Origin: Candidatus Poribacteria bacterium
GTDB taxonomy: Bacteria; Poribacteria; WGA-4E; WGA-3G
Direction: 5' to 3'
NCBI GenBank assembly: GCA_965198235.1
Contig: OZ240248.1
Coordinates: forward strand, 2,720,001-2,784,000
DNA: 64,000 bases
Positions 1-8,641 of this stretch are shown here, in pieces (the first letter of the stretch is position 1; each line of letters begins with the position of its first letter). A program made the position numbers and the translations under genes. The notes below the pieces were generated by a model, which was not told where the DNA came from, searched no databases, and worked only from the letters and a program-made list of their open reading frames with translations.

Positions 1-1662
1 GGCGTAACGGAAGATTATGCCGATGAAGTATCCGATATGGACGCTCGGATCCTTGAAAAGATGGAACAGCGCAGAATGCAGGATCATATCTCCTATTTCG
101 GTTTCAGCGGCACACCGAAAAACAAGACCTTAGAACTGTTCGGACGGAAGGACGCAGATGGAAAATTTGTCCCGTTCCACGTCTATTCCATGCGCCAGAG
201 TATCAGCGAAGGTTTTACACTGGACGTGCTGCAAAACTACACCACCTTTAAGAGGTATTTTGAACTCGTTAAAAGTGTGCCGGAGGATAAAGAGTACGAG
301 AGGGCGCGGACGCTCCGGACACTGACCGATTACGTTGACCTGCAGCACCACAGTATTGAGACCAAGACCCGGATTATGCTCGAACACTTCACCGCACGAA
401 CCGCAAAGACGATTGAAGGGAAGGGGCGGGCGATGTTAATCACGCCGTCCCGACTGCACTGCGTCAAATACAAGCAGGAATTCGATAGACAGATGCGGGA
501 AATGGGGCTTTCCTACGGCTGTCTCGTCGCGTTCAGCGGCACGGTGCACGACACCGACAACGGGCAGGACTATACGGAAAACGGGATGAATGCGTTACCG
601 CCAAGCGTTTCCATTGCGGACAGCTTCAAGAGTCCTGAGTATCGGATTCTGATTGTGTCGAATAAGTTCCAGACGGGTTTCGATGAACCGCTGCTACAGA
701 CGATGTACGTCGATAAGCGGTTAGACGGGCTGCAATGTGTCCAGAGTTTGAGCCGCTTGAATCGCGTCGCCACCGGTAAGACGGATACCCTGGTACTCGA
801 CTTCGTGAATGAACCGAAGCAGGTACAAGAAGCGTTTCAGCAATACTACCAGACCACGATGCTCGCCGAGGAGACCGACCCGAATCGGTTGTATGACCTA
901 CAGAGTCAGTTGGACGGTTTTGACCTCTACGATGAGCGGATCATTGATGAATTCTGTGAGGTCTTTTATGATACTGATAAACCCGACGAACTTCTACAAG
1001 GCATTCTCGATGGCGTTGTTGAGAGGTGGTCAGAGCTTGAAACAAATGACAGGGAGGAGTTTCGTTCTACCTTGCAAAGTTATATTCGGCTCTACGGGTA
1101 CATCTCACAGTTGATTACCTTCACCGATGTAGCGTTGGAGAAGTTGTATATCTTCGGTCGCAGTCTCAACAAGAAGCTCCCGAAACGGGATCACCCCGAC
1201 CTGCACGATGTCCTCGCGTCTGTGGATTTGGATTCGTTTCGTGTGCAAAGAACCCATGACAGTCTACAACTCTCCCTTGAAGCGCAGGATAGCGAGGTCG
1301 AAGGCATCGGCAGCGGTATCGCTATCATCAGGGACCCTGAGCAGGATTTCCTCTCCAATATTATTGACGCGCTGAACAATGCCTATCAGACAGATTTCAC
1401 AACAGAAGATAAAGTTGACATTGCGACCCTTCACCAAAAAGTGCACGAAAACGAGGAACTTCGGCAGGTGATTGAAGGGGATAATTCGGAGAGCAATAAA
1501 AGGTATAAGTTTGATCGGGTAATTGATGAAATTTTATTGGATTTCGTCAATAATAAACTTGAACTCTATACGAAATTATCGAAACCGGAGATCAACGCGG
1601 ATCTCAAACGTCAACTCTATCAAGCCTACCTTGATCAACCGTCCTCCGCCGTGCGAGGGTGA
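1..1662 (+). CDS. hsdR: Type I restriction enzyme R subunit, C-terminal part (5' end outside window)
   Basis: Frame open from base 1. Helicase motifs FSGTPK, KFQTGFDEPLL, MYVDK and QSLSRLNR are typical of HsdR. Confidence 0.9.
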   Translation, partial: GVTEDYADEVSDMDARILEKMEQRRMQDHISYFGFSGTPKNKTLELFGRKDADGKFVPFHVYSMRQSISEGFTLDVLQNYTTFKRYFELVKSVPEDKEYERARTLRTLTDYVDLQHHSIETKTRIMLEHFTARTAKTIEGKGRAMLITPSRLHCVKYKQEFDRQMREMGLSYGCLVAFSGTVHDTDNGQDYTENGMNALPPSVSIADSFKSPEYRILIVSNKFQTGFDEPLLQTMYVDKRLDGLQCVQSLSRLNRVATGKTDTLVLDFVNEPKQVQEAFQQYYQTTMLAEETDPNRLYDLQSQLDGFDLYDERIIDEFCEVFYDTDKPDELLQGILDGVVERWSELETNDREEFRSTLQSYIRLYGYISQLITFTDVALEKLYIFGRSLNKKLPKRDHPDLHDVLASVDLDSFRVQRTHDSLQLSLEAQDSEVEGIGSGIAIIRDPEQDFLSNIIDALNNAYQTDFTTEDKVDIATLHQKVHENEELRQVIEGDNSESNKRYKFDRVIDEILLDFVNNKLELYTKLSKPEINADLKRQLYQAYLDQPSSAVRG

Positions 1663-1863
1663 TTGTCTGAATCAGGATTTTCAGGCTTCTTCGATCTTTG
1701 CAGGATCAAAGAACGCGCACTCTCTAAATCCTTCAGCCTTCTTCGCATTGGATTTTAGCGTTTGCGGGGCGATAGGTGTATAGCAGCAGAGTATCCACAC
1801 ACGTCTAAGCCCCAGCGGAGCGAAATGTGTGTAGTGTCTTTCTTAACATAGTTGTATCTAATT

Positions 1864-1985
1864 TAGGACTTACGCATGCTGCTCTTTTGTAGCATAAACT
1901 GTTAGTTTGTGCCAGCAGACCGTCTGTTTTTTGGGGGAATTCCCATCTAATAGAACGTGCTACCGTCAAAACTGCGTAAGTCCTA
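1864..1985. mobile_element. MITE-like element, family A
   Basis: 13-bp terminal inverted repeats TAGGACTTACGCA (1864-1876) and TGCGTAAGTCCTA (1973-1985), flanked by direct repeat TAATT. The same TIRs occur at 13044-13244. Confidence 0.7.
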
Positions 1986-2039
1986 TAATTGTTTGTTTCC
2001 ATTTGGACGGGATCTTTCACCAATTCACAAGGGGAAAGT

Positions 2040-3077
2040 ATGGGCTATAGCGATGGCAGAAAACAGGTGCAGCGTATCTTGAAAATAATAGATCGCCTCC
2101 AGAAATCAAACGGCATTAGAGTCCGCGATCTGGCGGATTTCTATGACGTTGATATCACCCGCATCTATGAAGACCTGAAAATTATTAAGGAGCTCTACGA
2201 GCTGAAAAAAGATAAGGGGGCTTACTGGATTGAGTCAGAACGTTTGCTACGCTGGCCCAGGATCACAGCCGAAGAGAGTCGCGCCCTAGAACTAGTAATT
2301 ACTGCTTCACCGCTTGCAAAAGAACCGCGTTTTGAGCAATCTCTCAAACGCGTTCTGGAAAAACTCGACACGTCGCTTGCGGAACACATCCAATCGAAAT
2401 TGGAGCAAAATACGCCAATTCAACTCCACAAAGTCGATACAGACGACGAAATTGAGGGACCTCTTCACCTTTCAGAGGATGCACCACCCTATAGTGCCGA
2501 TAGCAATGCTGTTGAGCAGCACTTTCGCGTTTTAGAGGAGGCACTTTACGAGCAAAAGGCGGTGCGGGCGAGTTATCAACCGGGTGGAAAACCGGAGCCT
2601 GTTGTACACCTGCTCCACCCGTATGCCATCTTCTTTCGGAAGGTGGATTGGTATCTTGAGGCGTACTCTAATCTATCAGAACACGCGTCGCTCACCTTCA
2701 AGATCCTCCGTTTTCAAAAGGTTGAATTGACAGAGGAAACGTTTGAGCCCCCTCCGGATTTTTCGTTGGCAGAGAATTTGGATTCTCGATGGGAGCTCTT
2801 TAGCGGTGAACCGCTCAACATCACGCTCAGAATCGCGGCGCACAAAGTGTATTTGGTTGAGGAAAAGCAGCGTCATCCCTCACAAGAGATTGTAGAACGG
2901 TGTGCAGATGGTGCGGTGATTGTCCGTTATGAGGTACCCAAAGAAGAATTCACATTTTGGGTATTGAGTTTAGGGGATGCGGCGGAGGTCTTGGATCCAC
3001 CTGAATTTCGGGCAGAGTTTCAGGAGATTGTCCAGCGGATACATGCGATCTATTCTAACCCAAGTTACTACTTATAA
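2040..3077 (+). CDS. HTH-WYL-WCX transcriptional regulator
   Basis: N-terminal wHTH (RVRDLADFYDVDITRIYEDL), WYL core (LHPYAIFFRKVDWYLEAY...FKILRF), HPSQ and LSLGDAAEVLDP C-terminal motifs. ATG at 2040 follows GGGGA. Confidence 0.92.
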   Translation: MGYSDGRKQVQRILKIIDRLQKSNGIRVRDLADFYDVDITRIYEDLKIIKELYELKKDKGAYWIESERLLRWPRITAEESRALELVITASPLAKEPRFEQSLKRVLEKLDTSLAEHIQSKLEQNTPIQLHKVDTDDEIEGPLHLSEDAPPYSADSNAVEQHFRVLEEALYEQKAVRASYQPGGKPEPVVHLLHPYAIFFRKVDWYLEAYSNLSEHASLTFKILRFQKVELTEETFEPPPDFSLAENLDSRWELFSGEPLNITLRIAAHKVYLVEEKQRHPSQEIVERCADGAVIVRYEVPKEEFTFWVLSLGDAAEVLDPPEFRAEFQEIVQRIHAIYSNPSYYL

Positions 3078-3279
3078 GATTTTCGGCATCCAGAGTCCCT
3101 GTTTCATTGAAAATCGTTGCTGATCGGCAGGGTTTTGTAGCGTATCCTGTTAGGTTGCGCACTAAGGCTTCTAACGCCGCTAAGGTTGACGTACTGCAGT
3201 TTTGTAGCGTATCCTGTTAGGTTGCGCACCCTTATGCACAAACTAACAGTTTATGCTACAAAGGTGGCAACTTGCGTTA
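3056..3279. mobile_element. MITE/REPIN-like element overlapping the WYL gene 3' end
   Basis: Imperfect TIRs TAACCCAAGTTACTAC and GTGGCAACTTGCGTTA (13/16 match), TTC on both flanks. Interior has GTAG-initiated REP-like units (TTTTGTAGCGTATCCTGTTAGGTTGCGCAC twice, plus a related inverted unit). A related end occurs near 19556. Confidence 0.55.
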
Positions 3280-3485
3280 TTCTATCTAGAAGATTGAAAG
3301 AGTCATAGAAACTGATTGCATAGGGCTATTTATAGTAAAGTTTACAATTATGTTTACATGCGGCCTTTACTGTCTGGTCGTTTGTAGTAGGGAAATCTCT
3401 TTCCTTTCACCTCCGGGGCCTCGTCCTATGGAATACATATAAATAGGGCGGGACACCGCAGCCCCACCCTATTGAGCACTTTACA

Positions 3486-3584
3486 CAGAAAACCACCTCG
3501 GTGAGAGATGGGCAACCTATCCTGTTGACCGGACAACAGGCATCTCGGCATACGCAACAGATTTCGGTTGCGATTTTACTTCTG
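3486..3584 (-). ncRNA. Putative structured small RNA, copy 1 of tandem pair
   Basis: 99-nt unit, 80/99 identical and ungapped versus 3623-3721. Three hairpins; the last is followed by TTTT on the minus strand. G-U pairs favour the minus strand. Confidence 0.55.
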
Positions 3585-3622
3585 ATTCTCTGCTAATGTT
3601 TGTAATGCCTTGGTTATTCGGG

Positions 3623-3721
3623 CAGAAAACCACCTTAGTGGGAGGTGGGCAACCTATCCTACCGACCGGTCGGTAGACAGCTCAGCATACGCAATAGTCT
3701 TCGGCTGCGATTTTACATCTG
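3623..3721 (-). ncRNA. Putative structured small RNA, copy 2 of tandem pair
   Basis: Compensatory changes in the central stem versus copy 1 (GTT/AAC to ACC/GGT). Lies directly downstream of a minus-strand promoter candidate. Confidence 0.55.
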
Positions 3722-3724
3722 CTG

Positions 3725-3773
3725 ATAATAACCTACCCTATTTCGCTTGCAAAATCAAGAAATTTGCGAAATA
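3725..3773 (-). promoter_or_regulatory. Candidate sigma70 promoter for the tandem RNAs, overlapped by an inverted repeat
   Basis: Minus strand TTGCAA (3747-3752), 16 nt spacer, TATTAT (3725-3730). Inverted repeat TATTTCGC-N19-GCGAAATA (3739-3773). Confidence 0.4.
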
Positions 3774-3857
3774 TCTGGATTTTTTTGGAAAAAAGACCGA
3801 ATTTTCTGCATTTTTAGGTCGAATTTTTTGGCTTTTGTGTAAAACGCCAATTTTATA

Positions 3858-3890
3858 TGGTATAATTAAGTATAAACCAAAAGGAGGGAA
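3858..3890 (+). promoter_or_regulatory. Extended -10 promoter and RBS of the cas operon
   Basis: TGgTATAAT at 3858-3866; AAGGAGG at 3881-3887 before ATG 3895. Confidence 0.65.
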
Positions 3891-3894
3891 ACGA

Positions 3895-6120
3895 ATGGTT
3901 GACATTGAGGGACACAAATCGAAAATTTTAGCAGCTCACATCGCAGCGACGATGGAAACATCCTCACCTCCAGAGGAACTCGAGGTATTTATACGCTCTC
4001 ACCGCGCCGAAGGTCAGCGTCTCAAACAGTGGTGGGATGATATGGATGCTTTACGCGTCATCCGATACGCCGAACGCCAGTGGAGAATTCACCCTCCAGA
4101 AACCGACCCGAATCCGAATTCAATTGGCAAACCCTCTATGGGGGTAGATGAGGTTGTTCTCTTCGCGGGCAAGGAAATTGGCAAAGTTTACAACTATTAC
4201 CGTACCGTGCTTCCGCAAGAAATGCAGATTCGGCTCGCTTATGACACCTTAATTGAGCGGTTCATAGAATTCCTACAAAGGAAGAAATGTGCTATTCGCC
4301 TTTCTGAAAACCAATTGACGTGTGTCTTATTTATTCCGGATACAGACTTTCCACTCGTAGATGAATGGCAACGGTTCGTCGAATTTGCTTATTCAGAAGA
4401 GGAGTTGTATAAGTCTTTTACACTATTTGTGAACAGCATGAAACTAACTAACAGAGGTTTTGGCTATGTCCACTTTCCATCGGTTACTGAAGCGATGAAG
4501 CTTTGGCAAGCTGCTTTTTATATCGCTACGCTTCGGGAAAGAGTTGTTCGGTACCCTGACAACTATAAGAAAGCCAAAACTGATAAGGAGCGCAGTGTTG
4601 CTGGGAACGCAAATCGCGAAGAGTTAAAATGCCTTTTAACCGAATTACGTGCTGAAGTGCCGAGTCACGCGCGTAGGTTTGATAAGGCGGTAGTGCTTTC
4701 TCACCAATTCAACCGAACTGGTTCAAGCCAATTTTCTTATGGCACAGTAAAGCCTCGCTCAAAGAAAGGGAAAATTGAAGATAAGATTGTTGAAATTCTG
4801 AATGAACCTCTTAGATTCCTAACTTGTCCTCTTGCTCCTGTTGATGAAATAGCACACGATTACGTCCATAGTGCTGGTGATACGGTAAAAAACCGTTGCT
4901 ATGGTTGCGGTAGGCATTTGCCTTCAAAAAGCGAAACTCGCGACTTTAAAGGCAAACTGGAGGCAAACCGATTTGTCTTCTCAGATCCTTCGCAAAGGTT
5001 GCAATCGGGGGGTGGGCAAGCCCAACCCGCTATATGCCTCGACTGTCTTTCAGTCGCTTTTGGTTGCCCCATTAAACTGACAGGGGGTGCGATTATAGTT
5101 CATTTGTCGCCACGAACTGTTGAAGACAACAATCCATTGTCGCGTGAGAAATATCTCCGGATGCTCACACTCGGGGAACTGAATCTGATTGCTGGGCGGT
5201 ATCTACTGATTAAATGTAATGACTTTATGCGCTCAACACCTGTATCCGAAAAAATAGGGCAGGTTCAATATGCACTCTGGCGTATTGCCCAAACACTTCC
5301 AACTGAAGCACTAAGTAAGATGCACTTTACCCTCTTCGCTGATGAATCGAAAATATCGTTGGAAACTCGCCATCTGGTTTGGCTTAGTCACCTCTATGAG
5401 TGTTTTTCACCTCGTATTATCGTGAACGGTAAAGACAATATTCCATTGGGGCAAGCGATCCGGCTCATTCAGAAAGATGAAGTGATTTTAGCTATCTATA
5501 AACTTGTGACAGCAGAGTCTACAGAAGCTAAACAACTCAGCAATTGGTCATACAATGAAAAACGGAGTCTTGAGGAACTCCGCGAAAAGCATTGTACCTT
5601 ACTTGAACAATCCTCAAAAGGAAATAAATTGATGTCGAAACAAGCAGACTTTTATCGGGACATCGCTGCCCTCACTGGGTTAACTTATGCTTATTGCGAC
5701 TACCTCCGCCGTGAGTTAAGAAAAAAGGAGAATACTGGCAAAGTCCAGCCAGGTACTGTCCAGCGAGAAGTCAAAAAACTTATTGAGAAAGTTGTAAATC
5801 CCAGTTTTTTCAACTACGAAGCCTCTGATGTTCTTCCCGGCACACGCGCTACGATGTACTGCAGCGATGATAACTATTTCTGTTACGCAGAGGCGAAGCA
5901 GTTGTTGGAAGGAACACTCAAGTTGGATCTATCCGACCGCGAGGGGCGCACCGACAAAGGACAAGAGTCGATGACTATCTTTTTTGATGACATTCTGAAC
6001 GCCTATGCCGCCTTATCTCAGAAGTACTGCAGGAAGGCACAGCAAAGGAAGTTGTCTTATCAACTCAAACTGAACCTTCACGCGAAGTTCGCATCCCTAT
6101 TCAATCAGAAAGGAGATTAA
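3895..6120 (+). CDS. Type I Cascade large subunit (Cas8/Cas10d-like, zinc finger, no HD domain), 741 aa
   Basis: First gene before cas7-cas5. Has CYGC...CLDC zinc-finger pair and a helical C-terminus. No HD motif is visible. Start moved from 3610 to ATG 3895 because of the strong RBS. Confidence 0.75.
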   Translation: MVDIEGHKSKILAAHIAATMETSSPPEELEVFIRSHRAEGQRLKQWWDDMDALRVIRYAERQWRIHPPETDPNPNSIGKPSMGVDEVVLFAGKEIGKVYNYYRTVLPQEMQIRLAYDTLIERFIEFLQRKKCAIRLSENQLTCVLFIPDTDFPLVDEWQRFVEFAYSEEELYKSFTLFVNSMKLTNRGFGYVHFPSVTEAMKLWQAAFYIATLRERVVRYPDNYKKAKTDKERSVAGNANREELKCLLTELRAEVPSHARRFDKAVVLSHQFNRTGSSQFSYGTVKPRSKKGKIEDKIVEILNEPLRFLTCPLAPVDEIAHDYVHSAGDTVKNRCYGCGRHLPSKSETRDFKGKLEANRFVFSDPSQRLQSGGGQAQPAICLDCLSVAFGCPIKLTGGAIIVHLSPRTVEDNNPLSREKYLRMLTLGELNLIAGRYLLIKCNDFMRSTPVSEKIGQVQYALWRIAQTLPTEALSKMHFTLFADESKISLETRHLVWLSHLYECFSPRIIVNGKDNIPLGQAIRLIQKDEVILAIYKLVTAESTEAKQLSNWSYNEKRSLEELREKHCTLLEQSSKGNKLMSKQADFYRDIAALTGLTYAYCDYLRRELRKKENTGKVQPGTVQREVKKLIEKVVNPSFFNYEASDVLPGTRATMYCSDDNYFCYAEAKQLLEGTLKLDLSDREGRTDKGQESMTIFFDDILNAYAALSQKYCRKAQQRKLSYQLKLNLHAKFASLFNQKGD
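5632..6120 (+). CDS. cas11: Probable internally translated Cas11 small subunit (162 aa)
   Basis: In-frame ATG at 5632 (MSKQADFYRD...) preceded by AAAGGA at 5617-5622. Size and position match the internal Cas11 of I-B/I-C/I-D large subunits. Confidence 0.6.
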   Translation: MSKQADFYRDIAALTGLTYAYCDYLRRELRKKENTGKVQPGTVQREVKKLIEKVVNPSFFNYEASDVLPGTRATMYCSDDNYFCYAEAKQLLEGTLKLDLSDREGRTDKGQESMTIFFDDILNAYAALSQKYCRKAQQRKLSYQLKLNLHAKFASLFNQKGD

Positions 6121-6125
6121 CCAAA

Positions 6126-7100
6126 ATGGCAATTAACGTGAAATCTGGGCTTGAAGATTATTCGGACAAACCGCGCTTCAACTTTGACATTTACGCAATC
6201 CTCGAAGGCGGTCAAGAACTCTTTTTCGGGCACGAAACGCAGGTGAATGTTAACATAGTTGAAACAGTCACTATCGCTTTACCTGATGGTGCCGGTGATG
6301 GTGGCGAACTTGAAAAATGCTATCTCTCTCCAACAAAGCGCCGTGGTGTTGAACGCCGTGCATTGATTTGGGCACCTACCGGAAATGGGTTGTTAGGAGA
6401 TTCCTTGAACTGTGGCATTCCGCATACGTGTAGTAAGGCAGAGTGCCCGATTTGTCGCGTTTTTGGAGGTCTCATCACAACTGCGACTGAAGTCAAGGGC
6501 GAATCCGAAAAACGTCCCGCAACAACCCTCATCGGACGCCTTACCCATAGCGGCGGTGTCGCGATTCAGGAATTGGGACCAGAAGAAAAGCAGCGTGCAA
6601 TGCACCCTTCAATGATACGGAAAGCACCCGAAGCCGATCCGACACCGACTCCCTTTAAGCGAGAATACAATCAACCAGGTCTCCTCTATCCAGTCTACAA
6701 TCACTGTTTGAGTATGACAGAAAGCGAATTCTACGCTGTGGCTTACGCATTCATGAGTGCGCTGGCGCGCTTAGGGGCAGGCAATCCTAAAGGTGTCAAA
6801 ATTCATGATGCCCCGCTTACAAAAGATGAAGATGAACCCTGGATAGTTGTTGACAAGTATCTGTCGCCACTTGGCAAACGGCCTATCATTTCACCCGCTA
6901 TTACGGATGTTGAAACAGCGAAAAGGCAGTTTACAAACGCTATCTTTTCAGTCGCGGGCGTTGAACAAGAACCTGCCAGCGAATTGACTCAGGGAAATTT
7001 CCACCGTTACGTCGGTGATGCCGCCATTGCCAAGTTATCAGAGTATTTGGTCAAGTTTGAAAAGGAGAAACTCAATGTGGATGCTGGAAATGGTGATTAA
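6126..7100 (+). CDS. cas7: Cas7 backbone subunit, Csc2/Cas7d-like
   Basis: KRRGVERR motif, C-x5-C-x4-CPIC-RVFG zinc cluster, IGRL and RLGAG G-loop. RBS AAAGGAG. Confidence 0.85.
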   Translation: MAINVKSGLEDYSDKPRFNFDIYAILEGGQELFFGHETQVNVNIVETVTIALPDGAGDGGELEKCYLSPTKRRGVERRALIWAPTGNGLLGDSLNCGIPHTCSKAECPICRVFGGLITTATEVKGESEKRPATTLIGRLTHSGGVAIQELGPEEKQRAMHPSMIRKAPEADPTPTPFKREYNQPGLLYPVYNHCLSMTESEFYAVAYAFMSALARLGAGNPKGVKIHDAPLTKDEDEPWIVVDKYLSPLGKRPIISPAITDVETAKRQFTNAIFSVAGVEQEPASELTQGNFHRYVGDAAIAKLSEYLVKFEKEKLNVDAGNGD

Positions 7101-7857
7101 ACCGACATCAGGGTTAACATTCCGACGGATGCCTTCGTCTATCTTGCATATCAGTACGTACCCGTTTCTACCACCGACGACGATGTCTGGATTTTTACGT
7201 CGATTGAAGATGTTGGAAGTTGGGCATCTACCGGAAACCGCTGTCAAAGATCCAGATTACTATGCCTTGCCTCCCCAACTTTGCACCCTTGGTGCGTATC
7301 CAAAAGTGAATGACTATCGCATTCATACAACAAAGCGTCAAGGAATCAGATCTTTCAACCATAACGCCTTCTCGCGAATTGTTAGGTACCAATCCAAGAA
7401 TGAAGTCTATCAACTTCATACATGGGAATACCTTTTCACGGAACAGCTCATCGGTTATGTGGTTTCGGAAGATGAGGAACTCTTAGGTCAATTGAGAACG
7501 ATTGAAAACTTTGGTTGTAAGATTGGCAAAGAGGGGTACGCTTTTGTAGATCAAATTTGTGGACCTACTCAACTCATTTTGGAACAAGTTAGAGCAAAAC
7601 CCGATACACTCCTCCCTGGAACAGCACTCATTGGAGTTCCATGCGAGGCATTTCCACTGTACCGCTATGCTTGGGAAATAGATGCCTCCGAACACACCAG
7701 CCTTGCACATCCAGAACCGAGTGCTATTGAAGGATTCATCCCATTTGTTGCTGGAGAAATTCGCGGTGAAATTGAACTCGATTATTATACCGATGGGAAC
7801 GTTCATCTTCCGAAGCCCTTCATTGATGAATTGCAGGAAGGAGAGTCAGATGGTTAA
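7075..7857 (+). CDS. cas5: Cas5 (RAMP)
   Basis: N-terminal TFRR...TYPFLPPTTMSGFL and C-terminal KIGKEG G-loop. ATG 7075 follows AAGGAG. Confidence 0.85.
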   Translation: MWMLEMVIKPTSGLTFRRMPSSILHISTYPFLPPTTMSGFLRRLKMLEVGHLPETAVKDPDYYALPPQLCTLGAYPKVNDYRIHTTKRQGIRSFNHNAFSRIVRYQSKNEVYQLHTWEYLFTEQLIGYVVSEDEELLGQLRTIENFGCKIGKEGYAFVDQICGPTQLILEQVRAKPDTLLPGTALIGVPCEAFPLYRYAWEIDASEHTSLAHPEPSAIEGFIPFVAGEIRGEIELDYYTDGNVHLPKPFIDELQEGESDG

Positions 7858-8641
7858 TGCAATGGATATTGTAGAGGTGGGACGGGTTTTCTTTCAATCT
7901 GATAGTGGACCTGATGTAAAAAAAGTAATAGTTCTTACATTAGATAGCCACGTTGAAAATGTCGTCACATTGGTGAAAAATTTTAAAAGAGATTTCTATC
8001 CAGCCTTCAAACAGAGTCAGAAATCGACTCGCGACCTTCTAATACGCGCTGCCGAGAAGCACGACGACGCAAAACCTGAGACCTTTCGCGTAACCTACCG
8101 AAGTTACAAGGAAAACGGACATAAATCTCTCGGTTATTCCTTTGCAGGACACCGCTTTAGAGTTTCCGATCCTGATCGTTATGTTGAACTTCTAATCCGT
8201 CTACATCACGAATTCTCCGTTGAAGGTATTGTCAAAGCACAAGCGGAACTCAAGGCACAAACGGGATCCGCCAATGAAAAGTTTAAAAACTTTCCTTTTG
8301 ATCTTTACATCTTAGAGATGTGTGATCAGATAGAGGCAGAACTTGAGACTTACGCTTTCACAGACGATGTTCAACCGCGGGTTTTTATGGATTTTCACTC
8401 CCGCCAGCGTGAGGATAGAATAATTGAAGTCAGCCCTTATCCATTTGATAGCGAGGATATCCCTCTATCGCTTGCATATTATGAATTCGATGTGTGCGAA
8501 GAACATTGTGGTCAAATATCTAAGGCTTTGATAGAGGATAATCACGGGAAAGGAGTTAACTTTCTCCGTGAAATGATTGTTAATGCACACAACAAAGCGG
8601 AATGTCAACGAAAGGAGATGATTCTATGCAAAGCGCAATAG
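7850..8641 (+). CDS. cas3'': Stand-alone Cas3'' HD nuclease (263 aa)
   Basis: Full HD ligand set in order: LDSH, AAEKHDDAK, FAGH, IRLHH, MCD. ATG 7850 follows AGGAG and overlaps the cas5 stop. Confidence 0.8.
   Translation: MVNAMDIVEVGRVFFQSDSGPDVKKVIVLTLDSHVENVVTLVKNFKRDFYPAFKQSQKSTRDLLIRAAEKHDDAKPETFRVTYRSYKENGHKSLGYSFAGHRFRVSDPDRYVELLIRLHHEFSVEGIVKAQAELKAQTGSANEKFKNFPFDLYILEMCDQIEAELETYAFTDDVQPRVFMDFHSRQREDRIIEVSPYPFDSEDIPLSLAYYEFDVCEEHCGQISKALIEDNHGKGVNFLREMIVNAHNKAECQRKEMILCKAQ

Noticed and set aside
3540-3556. GCATCTCG shared between RNA copy 1 and the CRISPR repeat (possible anti-repeat)
   Set aside because: An 8-nt match that is not conserved in copy 2; compatible with chance.
3610-3894. 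95-aa N-terminal extension of the large subunit in the ORF track
   Set aside because: TTG start without an RBS. It spans the RNA repeat and promoter, while ATG 3895 has AAGGAGG.
8602-8641. Frameshifted single HD-helicase cas3
   Set aside because: The helicase has its own AAAGGAG RBS and ATG, and the overlap looks like translational coupling. Kept as two genes, though reads were not checked.
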